DNA of 64,000 nt. It comes from an uncultured Thermoleophilia bacterium. Its GTDB lineage: Bacteria > Actinomycetota > Thermoleophilia > UBA2241. Both the position numbers and the translations under genes were made by a program. The stretch lies in NCBI GenBank assembly GCA_963702475.1, contig CAVPCT010000003.1, positions 736,001-800,000 of the forward strand, written 5' to 3'. Below are positions 26,277 to 35,775 of the stretch, piece after piece; the first letter of the stretch is position 1, and each line of letters starts with the position of its first letter. Under the pieces are notes generated by a model. That model searched no databases and was not told the DNA's origin. It worked only from the letters and a program-made list of their open reading frames with translations.

Positions 26277-27713
26277 TCACTCCAGTCTGTGCGCCTTGAT
26301 CAGGTTCGTCTTGCCGGGCAGGTTCGCCTGGAGGCCTGCCGTGATGACCACCACGTCACCGCGGCACGCGAACGTGCGCTCGAGCACGAGCTCCACGGCC
26401 TCCCGGACGACCTCCTCGAAGCTGCCGCGCTGCGCCCCCAGGAGCGGTGTGACCCCCCAGACGAGGGCGAGCTGGTTCACTACCCGCGGGTTCGGGCTGA
26501 TCGCTACGACCGGCTGTGCGGGGAGGTTGCGGGCGACGGCGCGGGCGGTGGCGCCCGAGTACGTAGGGCTCACGATCGCCGCGGCGCCCACCCGGTGCGC
26601 GACTTCGCAGGCACCGTAGCTGATGGCGTCGGAGATGCCGGCGCCCCCCGAGGCCCACGGCTGCGGGGCGCGGCCCACCCGGGCGATGTCTGCCTCCACT
26701 GCCAGGGCGATGCACGCCATGGTGCGCACGGCCTCCACCGGGTAGGCGCCCACGGCCGTTTCGCCGGACAGCATGACCGCGCCGGTGGCATCGTAGATCG
26801 CGTTGGCCACGTCGCTGGCCTCGGCGCGGGTGGGACGCGGCGAGGAGACCATCGACTGCAGCATCTGCGTCGCCGTGATGACCGGCTTGCCGGCGACGTG
26901 ACAGGCGTGGATCAGCCGTTTCTGCCAGATGGGTACATCCCCCGGGTCGATCTCCACGCCGAGGTCGCCTCGGGCCACCATCACGGCGTCGGCCTCCGCC
27001 ACGATCTCCTGGTGGGCGGCCAGTGCCTCCTTCTTCTCGATCTTGGCCACCACGAGCTGGTCGCCGCCCTCGGCTGCGATGAGGTCCTTGAGCTCGCGCA
27101 CGTCGCCGGCGCTCCTCACGAACGACAGGGCGAAGTAGTCGACTCCCTGCTCGACGCCCCAGGCCACCGATGCGCGATCGGCCTCCGTGAGCGCGGTGAT
27201 GGGCAGCCGGGTGTCCGGCGCGTTGATCCCCTTGCGCGACTCCAGGACGCCGTCGTCGAGCGCCTCCAGCGCCACCGACCGCGCGGAGACGGCGCACACG
27301 CGAAAAGCCACGGCGCCGTCGTCGACGAGCACGAGATCGCCCGAGCGGAAGTGGCCGAGCAGGTCGGGGTAGTTGACTGAGGCGTGTGTATCGCTGCCCG
27401 CTCCGACGGGCACCACCTGGCCGCGCCGGACCTGGAGCGGGGCGGGCAGGTCTCCCAACCGCAGCTTGGGGCCCGGGAGGTCGACGAGCACGGCGACGGG
27501 CACGCCGCGGCGCCCGGCGGCGCTGCGCACGTCCTCGAGCGATGCCTCGTGGTCGCGCCGTGTGCCGTGTGACAGGTTGAGTCGCGCCACGTCCATGCCG
27601 GCGTCCACGAGCTCCGCGACTGCGTGCAGCCCCCTGGTGGCGGGCCCGAGGGTGGCGACGATCTTGGTCCTGCGCAGGGCGCCGTCGCGCCCAGTGCCGT
27701 CGGCCTGACTCAT
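26277..27713 (-). CDS. pyk: Pyruvate kinase
   Basis: RRTKIVATLGPAT, ARLNLSHG, DLPGPKLR, AKIEK, MVARGDLGVE, ATQML.SM, DAVMLSGETA-like. Confidence 0.95.
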   Translation of the reverse strand: MSQADGTGRDGALRRTKIVATLGPATRGLHAVAELVDAGMDVARLNLSHGTRRDHEASLEDVRSAAGRRGVPVAVLVDLPGPKLRLGDLPAPLQVRRGQVVPVGAGSDTHASVNYPDLLGHFRSGDLVLVDDGAVAFRVCAVSARSVALEALDDGVLESRKGINAPDTRLPITALTEADRASVAWGVEQGVDYFALSFVRSAGDVRELKDLIAAEGGDQLVVAKIEKKEALAAHQEIVAEADAVMVARGDLGVEIDPGDVPIWQKRLIHACHVAGKPVITATQMLQSMVSSPRPTRAEASDVANAIYDATGAVMLSGETAVGAYPVEAVRTMACIALAVEADIARVGRAPQPWASGGAGISDAISYGACEVAHRVGAAAIVSPTYSGATARAVARNLPAQPVVAISPNPRVVNQLALVWGVTPLLGAQRGSFEEVVREAVELVLERTFACRGDVVVITAGLQANLPGKTNLIKAHRLE

Positions 27714-27991
27714 CGCGCCACAGGGAGGACGAGGTCGGCGTCGGCAGTGCGCCTGAGCCGCTCGCGGAAGCCGTCGAGGCGAACGACGAAGTCGCCCTTC
27801 GCGAGGGACTCCTCGTCGGCGAGGTGGGGCGCTTCGTCGGCCTTGTACCGGGCGGCAGAGTGACCGAGGGCGTTGTGGCCCACGCGAGTCGCCTCGCCGT
27901 ACTGGTGCCCGCAGAGCACGAGGAAGACCTGGTCCCGCAGGCTGATGAAGTCGTCCCACACGCTCTGCGCGTCGTTGTCGGACCTCTCCAC
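27710..27991 (-). pseudogene. Short remnant resembling part of a calcineurin-like metallophosphoesterase
   Basis: VWDDFI...QVFLVLCGHQYGE motif only; far too short for the fold. Confidence 0.35.
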
Positions 27992-28017
27992 CTCTCCTCC
28001 TTGTCGCGACGGGGTCG

Positions 28018-28257
28018 TCACTGGTCCGTGCCCGTGGGGAACTCGGCGTTCCTGCGAAGCTCCTCCCACAGGAGCGCGCAGGCGAGGTCATCGCGGGGGA
28101 CGGCGCGTCTCACTTCGACCGCGTGCGGCTCGACGCCGGCGCCGCAGTGTCTGCAGGTGAAGGAGCACTGACCGCCTGTCCACGATGGCCTGGCCTCGAC
28201 CACGGTCTCGCACCGCGGGCAGCGCATCCTGAGCATCACCGAGTAGAGTGCCGGCAT
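28018..28257 (-). CDS. Small zinc-ribbon-like hypothetical protein
   Basis: GGAGG RBS; RCPRC...TCRHCG; paralog of 26028-26255. Confidence 0.6.
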   Translation of the reverse strand: MPALYSVMLRMRCPRCETVVEARPSWTGGQCSFTCRHCGAGVEPHAVEVRRAVPRDDLACALLWEELRRNAEFPTGTDQ

Positions 28258-28470
28258 CCCTCCCCCTTTCGACTGTACGCTGGCAGGGCCGTGTGTGGAC
28301 GGCGCGACCAGGGGGTTAGGGGAGTGCTCGTCGCCACGCCTTGCGCACGCCACTGCGGCCAGCCGTTGTTCGCGGCCGGGCCCTCCCGGCCGGTTTCCCC
28401 GGCTCATGAGCGAGGAAGGAAAAAGGTAGGCCCGTTTGACGGACAACGGAGCGGCACTCGGAGGTGCATC

Positions 28471-28776
28471 ATGAGACTCTCCAAGCTGAAGGGCCTCGTC
28501 GTGGCAGTGGCGGCCGGCGTCTCGACGCTCGCGTTCGGAGTGTCGAGCGCGTGGGCGACGACCACGCCGCCCGGAGCCTACCTGTGGCCGGGGGACGCCC
28601 CCGGTGATACGGCATCGCTCGTCTTCGCAGCGATCGCGGTGGCCGTGACGGCGGCCGTGGCTGCCGTGTACGGCGTCCTGACGCTTCGCTCGCGGCGCTC
28701 TCCGGGAGAGCTGGCCGACGTGCACGAGATCGGTACGACCCGGCGCGCCTCCGGCGACCAGCGCAAGGCGGCGTGA
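28471..28776 (+). CDS. Small membrane/secreted hypothetical protein
   Basis: GGAGG RBS; signal-like N-terminus plus one TM helix. Confidence 0.6.
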   Translation: MRLSKLKGLVVAVAAGVSTLAFGVSSAWATTTPPGAYLWPGDAPGDTASLVFAAIAVAVTAAVAAVYGVLTLRSRRSPGELADVHEIGTTRRASGDQRKAA

Positions 28777-28919
28777 CGCCCAACGAGACCCGGCGGGCGG
28801 GACTGCGTGAGCAGCCCGCCCGCCGTTCTGCATGCCCGCCTGCCCGGTCCCCATGCGCGTGAACGCGCCGCCGGAACGGCGACGCCGCGCCGGCGCGCAG
28901 CACGAGACGCCAGGCCTCC

Positions 28920-30122
28920 TCACCGCCCGCCTGGACCGTCCGCCAGCCCAGCCTCGGGCGGCGGCACGCGAGGCAGGTCGCCGGGAAGCATCACGTCGCC
29001 GTCCTTGCCGGGCCCGGTCTCGCCGGCCCGCTGTGCCGTGCGCAGCGCGATGAGGTCCCGCCCCAGCACCCAGGCCGCCGAGGCCAGCGGGATCGCCAGC
29101 AGCACGCCGACGATCCCGCCGAGGCTGGCGCCGACCAGAGCGGCGACGAACACCACCAGCGGGCTCAGCGCCACGGTCTTGGAGTACACGAGGGCCTGCA
29201 GCACGTTGTTCTCGAACTGCTGGTAGAGCACGAAGAACACCACCAGCACCACGCCGTCCACGACGCCGCCGGTGGCGAATCCGACGATGCAGACGATCAC
29301 CGCGCCGATGGTGGCCCCGACCAGCGGGATGATGTCGAGGATGGCCACGAGCACGGCCAGGGTCTCCGCGTAAGGGACCCCCAGGACCTTGAGGACGATG
29401 TACGACGTGATGCCCGCGACGATGCTGATGGCGAGGTTGCCACGCACGTAGCCGCCGGTGGCGCGCAGGAAGTTCTGGCCGATACGCTCGGCCCACACGC
29501 GCTGCTCGCCGACCAGCATCGTCGTGAAGGAGAGCCAGGCGCGCGGCCCTTCGATGAGCATCATCACCATGATCGTGAGGATGGTGATGGTGGCGGCGAT
29601 GATGGAGGCCGCCCGCGTGAGTGCGCTCACGATGGTCGCCTGGCTGCCCATGAGCACCTTGCCGACCTGCTCCGGCGTCACGTCGCGCAAGCGCTCGACC
29701 ACGTGCAGGTTGACCTCCATCCAGCGCAGCGCGCCGCCGGGGCCGAACAGCGAATCCACGAGTCCGGGCAGCGCTCTGATGAAGTCGTCCGCCTGCGTGA
29801 TGACCGGCCAGGCGATGGCCACCGCGGCGCCGGCGATGAGGAGCACCGTGGCGAGTGACACCACGAGCGAGGCCAGGACACGGTGCCAGCGATGCCGCTC
29901 GAGCCAGCCCACGGCCGGCTGCAGCGCGACGGCGAGCACGATGCCGATGAGCACCCAGAGCAGGATGCTGCGGATCTGCCACAGCACGATCACCAGCCCG
30001 ACGACCGCGAGGACCGTCACCGTCACGATCCCCGCGCGGCGGATGAGCTCCGTCGCAGGTACCTTGGGCGGCTGTGGCTGTCGCTGCGGCGTTGGGCTGT
30101 CCACCTGCGGGTGCCCCTTCAC
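28920..30122 (-). CDS. AI-2E family transporter
   Basis: LAVALQPAV..LE, GYVRG, IPLVGATIG, QQFENNVL, LLAIPLA. Confidence 0.88.
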   Translation of the reverse strand: MKGHPQVDSPTPQRQPQPPKVPATELIRRAGIVTVTVLAVVGLVIVLWQIRSILLWVLIGIVLAVALQPAVGWLERHRWHRVLASLVVSLATVLLIAGAAVAIAWPVITQADDFIRALPGLVDSLFGPGGALRWMEVNLHVVERLRDVTPEQVGKVLMGSQATIVSALTRAASIIAATITILTIMVMMLIEGPRAWLSFTTMLVGEQRVWAERIGQNFLRATGGYVRGNLAISIVAGITSYIVLKVLGVPYAETLAVLVAILDIIPLVGATIGAVIVCIVGFATGGVVDGVVLVVFFVLYQQFENNVLQALVYSKTVALSPLVVFVAALVGASLGGIVGVLLAIPLASAAWVLGRDLIALRTAQRAGETGPGKDGDVMLPGDLPRVPPPEAGLADGPGGR

Positions 30123-30308
30123 GTGCGGTCTACTGCCCCTGCGGCAGAGAGCGTATCACCGGACGCTCTGTGTCCGGGCGCAGCCGACCACTGACGAGTG
30201 CGCCTGCGGTCCACCCCTCGCGGCGCTCTTCATGACATGCAGCGTGCGGTGTGCCTGAAGGTGCACCGCGCGTCGACCGCCTTCCGGCCGTCGCGCCGCC
30301 TGCCGCGG

Positions 30309-31061
30309 TCAGTCACGCCCGCAGACCGGGCAGGGGCGCATGCCCAGCGGCCGCTCGAGCCCGCTGTCCGCGAGCAGTCCGTCGTCGCGGAACACGTCGC
30401 CGGTGGCTCGATCGGCCACGATCCGTCCCCGGCTCATCACGATCGTGCGCTCGCACAGCTCGGCGGCCAGGTCGAGATCGTGCGTCGCGATGATGCGCGT
30501 GTGCTCGAACGAGGTCAGAAGGCCGATGAGCCGGCGGCGCGCGCGAGCGTCGAGTCCGCTGGAAGGCTCGTCCAGGACGAGGATGCTCGACTCCATGGCG
30601 AGCACGGTGGCGATCGCCACCACGCGCTTCTCGCCGCCCGACAGGTGGTAGGGGGGGCGTTCCCTCAGGTGGTCGGCGCCCACGCGCGCGAGCGCCTGGT
30701 CGACGCGGGCCGCGACGTCGGCCGGCGGCAGCCCGAGGTTCAGCGGCCCGAAGGCCACATCCTCGGCCACCGTCGGCATGAAGAGCTGGTCGTCGGGGTC
30801 CTGGAAGACCATGCCGACGGTGCGGCGGATGTCGGGCAGGGTGCCCTTGGTCACGGGGATGCCGCCGATGTCGACGGAGCCGTGCTCCGGGGTGAGCAGG
30901 CCGTTGAGGTGCAGCAGCAGGGTCGACTTGCCCGCGCCGTTGGCGCCGACGACGGCGATCGCCTCGCCGTGCCCGACCTCGAACGAGACGCCCTCCAGGG
31001 CTCGCGTCCCATCCGGATACTCGAAGCTCAGGTCGCGGACGCTGATGGTGTGGTGGCTCAT
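30309..31061 (-). CDS. cbiO: ECF Ni/Co transporter ATPase (CbiO/NikO)
   Basis: GANGAGKST, FQDPDDQLF, LSGGEKR, LDEP, THD. Confidence 0.9.
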   Translation of the reverse strand: MSHHTISVRDLSFEYPDGTRALEGVSFEVGHGEAIAVVGANGAGKSTLLLHLNGLLTPEHGSVDIGGIPVTKGTLPDIRRTVGMVFQDPDDQLFMPTVAEDVAFGPLNLGLPPADVAARVDQALARVGADHLRERPPYHLSGGEKRVVAIATVLAMESSILVLDEPSSGLDARARRRLIGLLTSFEHTRIIATHDLDLAAELCERTIVMSRGRIVADRATGDVFRDDGLLADSGLERPLGMRPCPVCGRD

Positions 31062-31870
31062 CCGGCGAGCTCCGTCACGAGACGGCCCACGAACAGCGGC
31101 AGGTCGACGAGGCGGAACACCACGAACGCGGCCGACCAGGCGAGCAGGAAGACGAGGTCGGCCGCTCCGAAGTGCAGCTGCCGCGCCACGCGGATGCGGC
31201 CGTCGAAGCCGCGCGACTTCATGGCGAGGTACAGGCGCTGGGCGCGCGCCAGGGTCCGCAGCAGGAGCTGGCCGAGCATCTGCCCGTACACACGCCAGCC
31301 CATCCCGCGCCGCCCGAAGCTGCGCAGGCGGCGCGCCTGGCTCATCCTGGTCGCCTCTTCGCCCAGCACGAAGATGTAGCGGAAGAGAAGGAGAAGCTGC
31401 GTGACCAGCACGTCCGGCACGCGCAGCTGCTGCAGCGCCAGGCAGATGCCGGTGAACCCGGTCGTGGCGGTGAGCACCAGGGCCGCCCCGGCGGTGAGCA
31501 GGAAGCGCAGGACGATGGAGGCGTATGAGACCCAGCCGCCGCTGATGCCCCAGCTGCCGATGTAGACGATGATCTCGCGGTCGAAGAAGGGGTTGAACGC
31601 GCCCATGACGAGGGCGAACGGCGAGACGACCAGGAGCAGGCGGCCGAGGAAGCCGAGAGGCAGGCCGCCCTCCGTCGCCAGGACCACGGGGAAGACGGCG
31701 AACGGCAGCAGGCCGAGCAGGTCGTACTTGCCGTAGGAGACGACGCAGACGATGTAGACGGCGGTGGCGAGGACTTTGGAGCGGGGGTCGACGCGGTGGA
31801 CGGGGGTGTCGAGCCGCGACAGCCTGTCGAGCCGGTCGAGGGCGGAGAGGCCGGTGGCGACGGACGACAC
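31058..31870 (-). CDS. cbiQ: ECF Ni/Co transporter T component (CbiQ/NikQ)
   Basis: HRVDPRSK, FRYIFVL.EE, AMKSRGF. Confidence 0.88.
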   Translation of the reverse strand: MSSVATGLSALDRLDRLSRLDTPVHRVDPRSKVLATAVYIVCVVSYGKYDLLGLLPFAVFPVVLATEGGLPLGFLGRLLLVVSPFALVMGAFNPFFDREIIVYIGSWGISGGWVSYASIVLRFLLTAGAALVLTATTGFTGICLALQQLRVPDVLVTQLLLLFRYIFVLGEEATRMSQARRLRSFGRRGMGWRVYGQMLGQLLLRTLARAQRLYLAMKSRGFDGRIRVARQLHFGAADLVFLLAWSAAFVVFRLVDLPLFVGRLVTELAG

Positions 31871-31883
31871 GGTCTCGCCGGCC

Positions 31884-32300
31884 TCAGACGATCTCGCCCG
31901 TGGTGGTCGCCACGAACTTGCCGTGCTTGACGCCCTTGGTGCCGATCAGGCCGTCGGCGATGCGCTTGATGTCGCGGGCGACGCCGCGCAGCACGACGAC
32001 CTCGAGGCAGTGGTCGGCGTCGAGGTGCACGTGAAGGGACGAGACGATCTCCTGGTGGTGCGTGTGCTGGCTCTCGGTGAGCTTGTCGGCCAGGTCGTGG
32101 GAGTGGTGGTCGTAGACGAGCGTCACCGTACCCACGGCCTCCGCGTCGCCGAGCTCCCACTGCTCCTCGACCAGGGCGCCGCGGATGAGGTCCCGCAAGG
32201 CTTCCGAACGGTTGACGTAGGCCTTCTCGGCGATGAGACGGTCGTAGCGGTCGAGCAGGCGCTCGTCGATGGAGACCCCGAAGCGCGCGAGGTTCGACAT
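31884..32300 (-). CDS. nikR: Nickel-responsive regulator NikR
   Basis: RFGVSI (RHH), [27 protein letters not shown]. Confidence 0.93.
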   Translation of the reverse strand: MSNLARFGVSIDERLLDRYDRLIAEKAYVNRSEALRDLIRGALVEEQWELGDAEAVGTVTLVYDHHSHDLADKLTESQHTHHQEIVSSLHVHLDADHCLEVVVLRGVARDIKRIADGLIGTKGVKHGKFVATTTGEIV

Positions 32301-32360
32301 GTCGTCATCCCTCCAGTGTCCGCAGTGTGCCACTCAATGGTCGCAAGAATAGCACGGAAC

Positions 32361-32479
32361 ATGCTACGGATCTCAAGGACGTAGTACCAACCGCGAGTGG
32401 CGTTGACACCTGCCGCAGGCTTCTCTAAAGTACCCAGCTGCGGGGTAGCACGAGTTCACAGTCCGTAACATCGTAGCAC
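32361..32479 (+). promoter_or_regulatory. Sigma70 promoter TTGACA-17-TAAAGT (32403-32431) with candidate NikR operator ATGCTAC-N13-GTAGTAC (32361-32387) and extra GTAGCAC half-sites
   Basis: Motifs read directly between divergent nikR and nikM; the NikR assignment is inferred. Confidence 0.6.
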
Positions 32480-32524
32480 GTCACGGGCTGCTGCACAGGA
32501 ATCATGCGGGGAGGAGCTCTCGCG

Positions 32525-33589
32525 ATGCACATGGCCGATGCGTTGATCTCTCCGGCCGTGGGCGGCGCCATGTGGGCCGCCACCGGCGTGACGATCGCCT
32601 ATAGCGCGCGCAAGGTGCGCAACGAGCTGGACGAGAGCAAGATCCCCCTGATGGGCGTCGCCGGCGCCTTCGTCTTCGCTGCCCAGATGATCAACTTCAC
32701 CATCCCCGGCACGGGCTCCAGCGGCCACCTCGGAGGGGCGCTGATGCTGGCCATACTCCTGGGGCCCGAGGCCGCGTTCCTCGTGATGGCCTCCATACTC
32801 GCGGTGCAGGCGCTGTTCTTCGCCGACGGGGGGCTCCTCGCGCTCGGCTGCAACATCTTCAACCTCGGCTTCTTCCCGGCGTTCGTCGCCTACCCGCTCA
32901 TCTACCGCAAGATGGTGGGAGACGGACCCGAGCTGGGCACAGGCCGCGTGTTCGGCGGCAGCATCCTGGCGGCCATCGTGGGCCTTCAGCTCGGTGCCTT
33001 CGCCGTCGTCCTCGAGACCACCGCCTCCGGTATCACCGAGCTGCCTTTCTCCACCTTCGTGCTGCTGATGCAGCCCATCCACCTTGCGATCGGCGTCGTC
33101 GAGGGCCTCGTGACGGCGGCGGTGGTGCTGTTCGTCTACCGCGCGCAACCCGAGCTGCTGGTCCGCAACGCGGCCCGCAAGCCTCTCGGCGGGCTGCGCC
33201 TCAAGCCGGTGATCATCGGGCTTGCCGTCGCCGCCGTCGTCACCGGCGTCGCCCTCTCGTGGTTCGCCTCCACCAACTCCGACGGCCTCGAGTGGGCCAT
33301 CGCCAGGGTCACGGGCACCGAGGAGGAGCTGCAGACCAGCTCGGCGGCGCACGAAGCCGCCGCCGGCGCGCAGGCACGCACGGCCATCTTGCCGGACTAC
33401 GCCCTGAAGACCGATGCGGCCGCCGAAGAGGCGGTCGTCGAAGAAGAGGGGCCGGTCTGGCCGGCGGTCGACGCCGGCACGAGCCTGTCGGGCGTGGTCG
33501 GCGGAGCCATCGTCGCGGGCATCGTCATGCTCATCGGCTTCCTGCTGTACCGGCGCTCGGCCGCGCGGCGCGCGAGGGCCGGCGCCTAG
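32525..33589 (+). CDS. cbiM: ECF nickel transporter S component NikM/CbiM fused to a PDGLE (NikN) domain
   Basis: MHMADAL N-terminus, QMINF.IPGTGSSGH.GG, FAS..SDGLEW, LPDY. Confidence 0.9.
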   Translation: MHMADALISPAVGGAMWAATGVTIAYSARKVRNELDESKIPLMGVAGAFVFAAQMINFTIPGTGSSGHLGGALMLAILLGPEAAFLVMASILAVQALFFADGGLLALGCNIFNLGFFPAFVAYPLIYRKMVGDGPELGTGRVFGGSILAAIVGLQLGAFAVVLETTASGITELPFSTFVLLMQPIHLAIGVVEGLVTAAVVLFVYRAQPELLVRNAARKPLGGLRLKPVIIGLAVAAVVTGVALSWFASTNSDGLEWAIARVTGTEEELQTSSAAHEAAAGAQARTAILPDYALKTDAAAEEAVVEEEGPVWPAVDAGTSLSGVVGGAIVAGIVMLIGFLLYRRSAARRARAGA

Positions 33590-33936
33590 CCTGGCCCGGC
33601 CGGCGGGCACGGCGCGCGCCGACCTCGCGCCGAGCGGGCCTTCGCCGCTGAGCCCCCGGCTGTGGTCGGGAGCCGGGCTGCGCAACGGTGTTGCACCCGG
33701 GCCGATCCTCGCGCGCCGGACGAGCAGCTCGTGGCAGGAGCCTCCCGCGGCTCCGCACCGCGTGTGCACGAAGCGATGACGGGCAGTGGACGCGGCGCCG
33801 CCCGGACGCGGACGCGCCGCCACGGGAGCCGGTGGCGTTGCCGGTCCTGATACGATTGGCTCCAGCTGCGCGTGATTGGTCAGGGCGGGGCGGGGCGCCT
33901 GCCGCGTCTCGAACGGCCCCGGACGTATGCACACGT

Positions 33937-34013
33937 GGGCCTATAGCTCAGTTGGTTAGAGCAGCCGACTCATAATCGGCCGGTCGCTGGTTCGAGTCCA
34001 GCTGGGCCCACCA
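33937..34013 (+). tRNA. tRNA with CAT anticodon, most likely tRNA-Ile2 (lysidine type)
   Basis: Cloverleaf: gggccta/tgggccc acceptor, gccga-ctCATaa-tcggc anticodon arm, gctgg-ttcgagt-ccagc T arm, encoded CCA; sequence resembles bacterial ileX. Confidence 0.93.
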
Positions 34014-34022
34014 GCCCACCAG

Positions 34023-34094
34023 CGTTGTCACAATGACAACGTTTCTCCCTGCAAAACAGCGTAGTCTGCGTACCCGTTCGTCCATCCGGATGGA
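34023..34094 (+). repeat. Cassette leader copy 1
   Basis: cgttgtca-caa-tgacaacg tttctccctgcaaaac...tacccgttcg tccatccggatgga. Confidence 0.9.
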
Positions 34095-34194
34095 GAGGTG
34101 TATGCCCGCCTCCGGGCACGCGATGTCCGTGCCCGAGGGCGTAAGATGCAATCACCGGGAGTGAGGAGCCTTACGGAGTGGGAGGAGGCTTGAG

Positions 34195-34494
34195 GTGAGT
34201 CTTCAGATCGACGTGGATGCAGAGGGACTGGCTGCCTTCTGCCGGCGCAACGGCATCGGTCGCCTCTCCTTCTTCGGCTCCGTCTTGCGTGAAGACTTCG
34301 GTCCCGAGAGCGACGTCGATGTACTGGTCGAGTTCGTCCCCGACGCCAGGGTCGGGCTCTTCGAGTTCGTCGATCTGCAGCGCCAGCTCGGCGAACTGCT
34401 TGGACGCGACGTCGACCTGCACACGCCCGCGAGCCTCAGCCACTTCTTCCGCGATGACGTGATCGATTCCGCCGAGGTCGCCTATGCCGCATAG
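34195..34494 (+). CDS. MNT (minimal nucleotidyltransferase) antitoxin, MntA-like
   Basis: FGSVLREDFGPESDVDVLVEF (GSx10DxD), LGRDVDL. Confidence 0.9.
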   Translation: MSLQIDVDAEGLAAFCRRNGIGRLSFFGSVLREDFGPESDVDVLVEFVPDARVGLFEFVDLQRQLGELLGRDVDLHTPASLSHFFRDDVIDSAEVAYAA

Positions 34495-34834
34495 GCGCGA
34501 CACTGTCTTCATCGCGCCGATGATCGAGGCGGCCGAGGCGGCAGTCGAGTTCTGCGACGGGCAGACTCCAGAGAGCCTCGCCGGCGACCGCCTCGTCGGC
34601 TTCGCCGTCGTGCGCGCCGTCCAGCTCGTAGGGCAGGCAGCACGCGGCGGATCCGAGGAGCTGCAGGCGGCTCACCCCGAGATCCCTTGGCGCGAGATGA
34701 TCGGCATGCGCAACGTCGTCGTGCACGACTACGCCGATGTCGACATGGCGCTCGTCTGGAAGACAGTGCACGACGACCTGCCTGGGCTCGTCGAACGGTT
34801 GAGGGTGATCATCGCCGAGGACGGCGGCGCCTGA
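34484..34834 (+). CDS. HEPN (DUF86, HepT-like) ribonuclease toxin
   Basis: HPEIPWREMIGMRNVVVHDY (Rx4HxY); overlaps the MNT stop. Confidence 0.9.
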   Translation: MPHRRDTVFIAPMIEAAEAAVEFCDGQTPESLAGDRLVGFAVVRAVQLVGQAARGGSEELQAAHPEIPWREMIGMRNVVVHDYADVDMALVWKTVHDDLPGLVERLRVIIAEDGGA

Positions 34835-34894
34835 AGCAGTCCTTGCGGCGGCGAGGTCAGCCGGCGCCATCGTTCCCTCGGCAGACGGGGCCGC

Positions 34895-35000
34895 AGAAGC
34901 TCGAAAGCTGTCTCCTTAGGTCCACCAACCGTTGTCACAATGACAACGTTTCTCCTGCAAAACGGCGAAGTCCGCCTACCCGTTCTTCCATCCGCATGGA
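34895..35000 (+). repeat. Cassette junction: tail 1 plus leader copy 2
   Basis: agaagctcgaaagctgtct..ggtccacca then cgttgtcacaatgacaacgtttctcctgcaaaac...tacccgttcttccatccgcatgga. Confidence 0.9.
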
Positions 35001-35051
35001 GCGACTGGGAAGACAGCGCGCCTGTGGCCAGTCGAGGCGCTCCCGGGTAGC

Positions 35052-35381
35052 ATGAGCGAAGGAGGTGCCGAAGTGGTCGAGATCCTGGAGGACAAGCGTG
35101 AGGCTATTGCAGAGCTGTGTGCTCGCCACGGCGTCGTGCGTCTCGACGTGTTCGGATCTGCCCTGCGCGACGACTACCGTCCCGGCGAGAGCGATGTGGA
35201 CCTGCTCGTAGAGTTTGGGCCCATGGACGGCTACGCGAAAGCGGTCGCCTACTTCGACCTGCTCGAAGACCTGCGCAGCCTCCTCGGCGTCGAGGTCGAC
35301 CTCGTCATGGCCAGTGCCGTCAAGAACCGCTACATCGCGCGCGACATCGAACGCACGCGGCAGCTGCTCTATGCCGCGTAG
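35052..35381 (+). CDS. MNT antitoxin (second family member); alternative start GTG 35073
   Basis: VFGSALRDDYRPGESDVDLLVEF, LGVEVDLV. Confidence 0.9.
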   Translation: MSEGGAEVVEILEDKREAIAELCARHGVVRLDVFGSALRDDYRPGESDVDLLVEFGPMDGYAKAVAYFDLLEDLRSLLGVEVDLVMASAVKNRYIARDIERTRQLLYAA

Positions 35382-35724
35382 CACCGCTGCCTACCTCGCT
35401 GACGTGGTCGATGCGTGCGACTCGATCAGCGAAGTACTCGAGGGTGTCGATCTCGAGACCTACCGCGCCAGGCGTCCGATCCGCTCTGCTGTGGAGCGCG
35501 AGTTCGTCATCATCGGTGAGGCCGTGTCGGCGCTGACCCGCCAAGCTCCCGAGGTCGCGGCCGGCATCTCCCGTGCGCGCCTCATCGTCGGCTTCCGCAA
35601 CCAGGTCGTGCACGAGTATGCGACCATCGATGACGAGGCCGTGTTTGCGATCGCCCGGCATGACGTGTCAGTCCTCCGTGATGAGTGCGCGGCGCTCCTC
35701 GGCCAGATCGCAGGGGAGGACTGA
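35371..35724 (+). CDS. HEPN (DUF86) ribonuclease toxin
   Basis: AVEREFVIIGEA, GFRNQVVHEY (Rx4HxY). Confidence 0.9.
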   Translation: MPRSTAAYLADVVDACDSISEVLEGVDLETYRARRPIRSAVEREFVIIGEAVSALTRQAPEVAAGISRARLIVGFRNQVVHEYATIDDEAVFAIARHDVSVLRDECAALLGQIAGED

Positions 35725-35775
35725 CACGACACCACTGGTCTCTTCAGGGGCATCCATGCTGCCTGAACCCCGCCG

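Noticed and set aside
18330-34013. One 15.6-kb genomic island bounded by the two tRNA copies
   Set aside because: No integrase, it contains housekeeping-type genes (pyk, uppP), and the duplicate is upstream and full length rather than a downstream 3' fragment.
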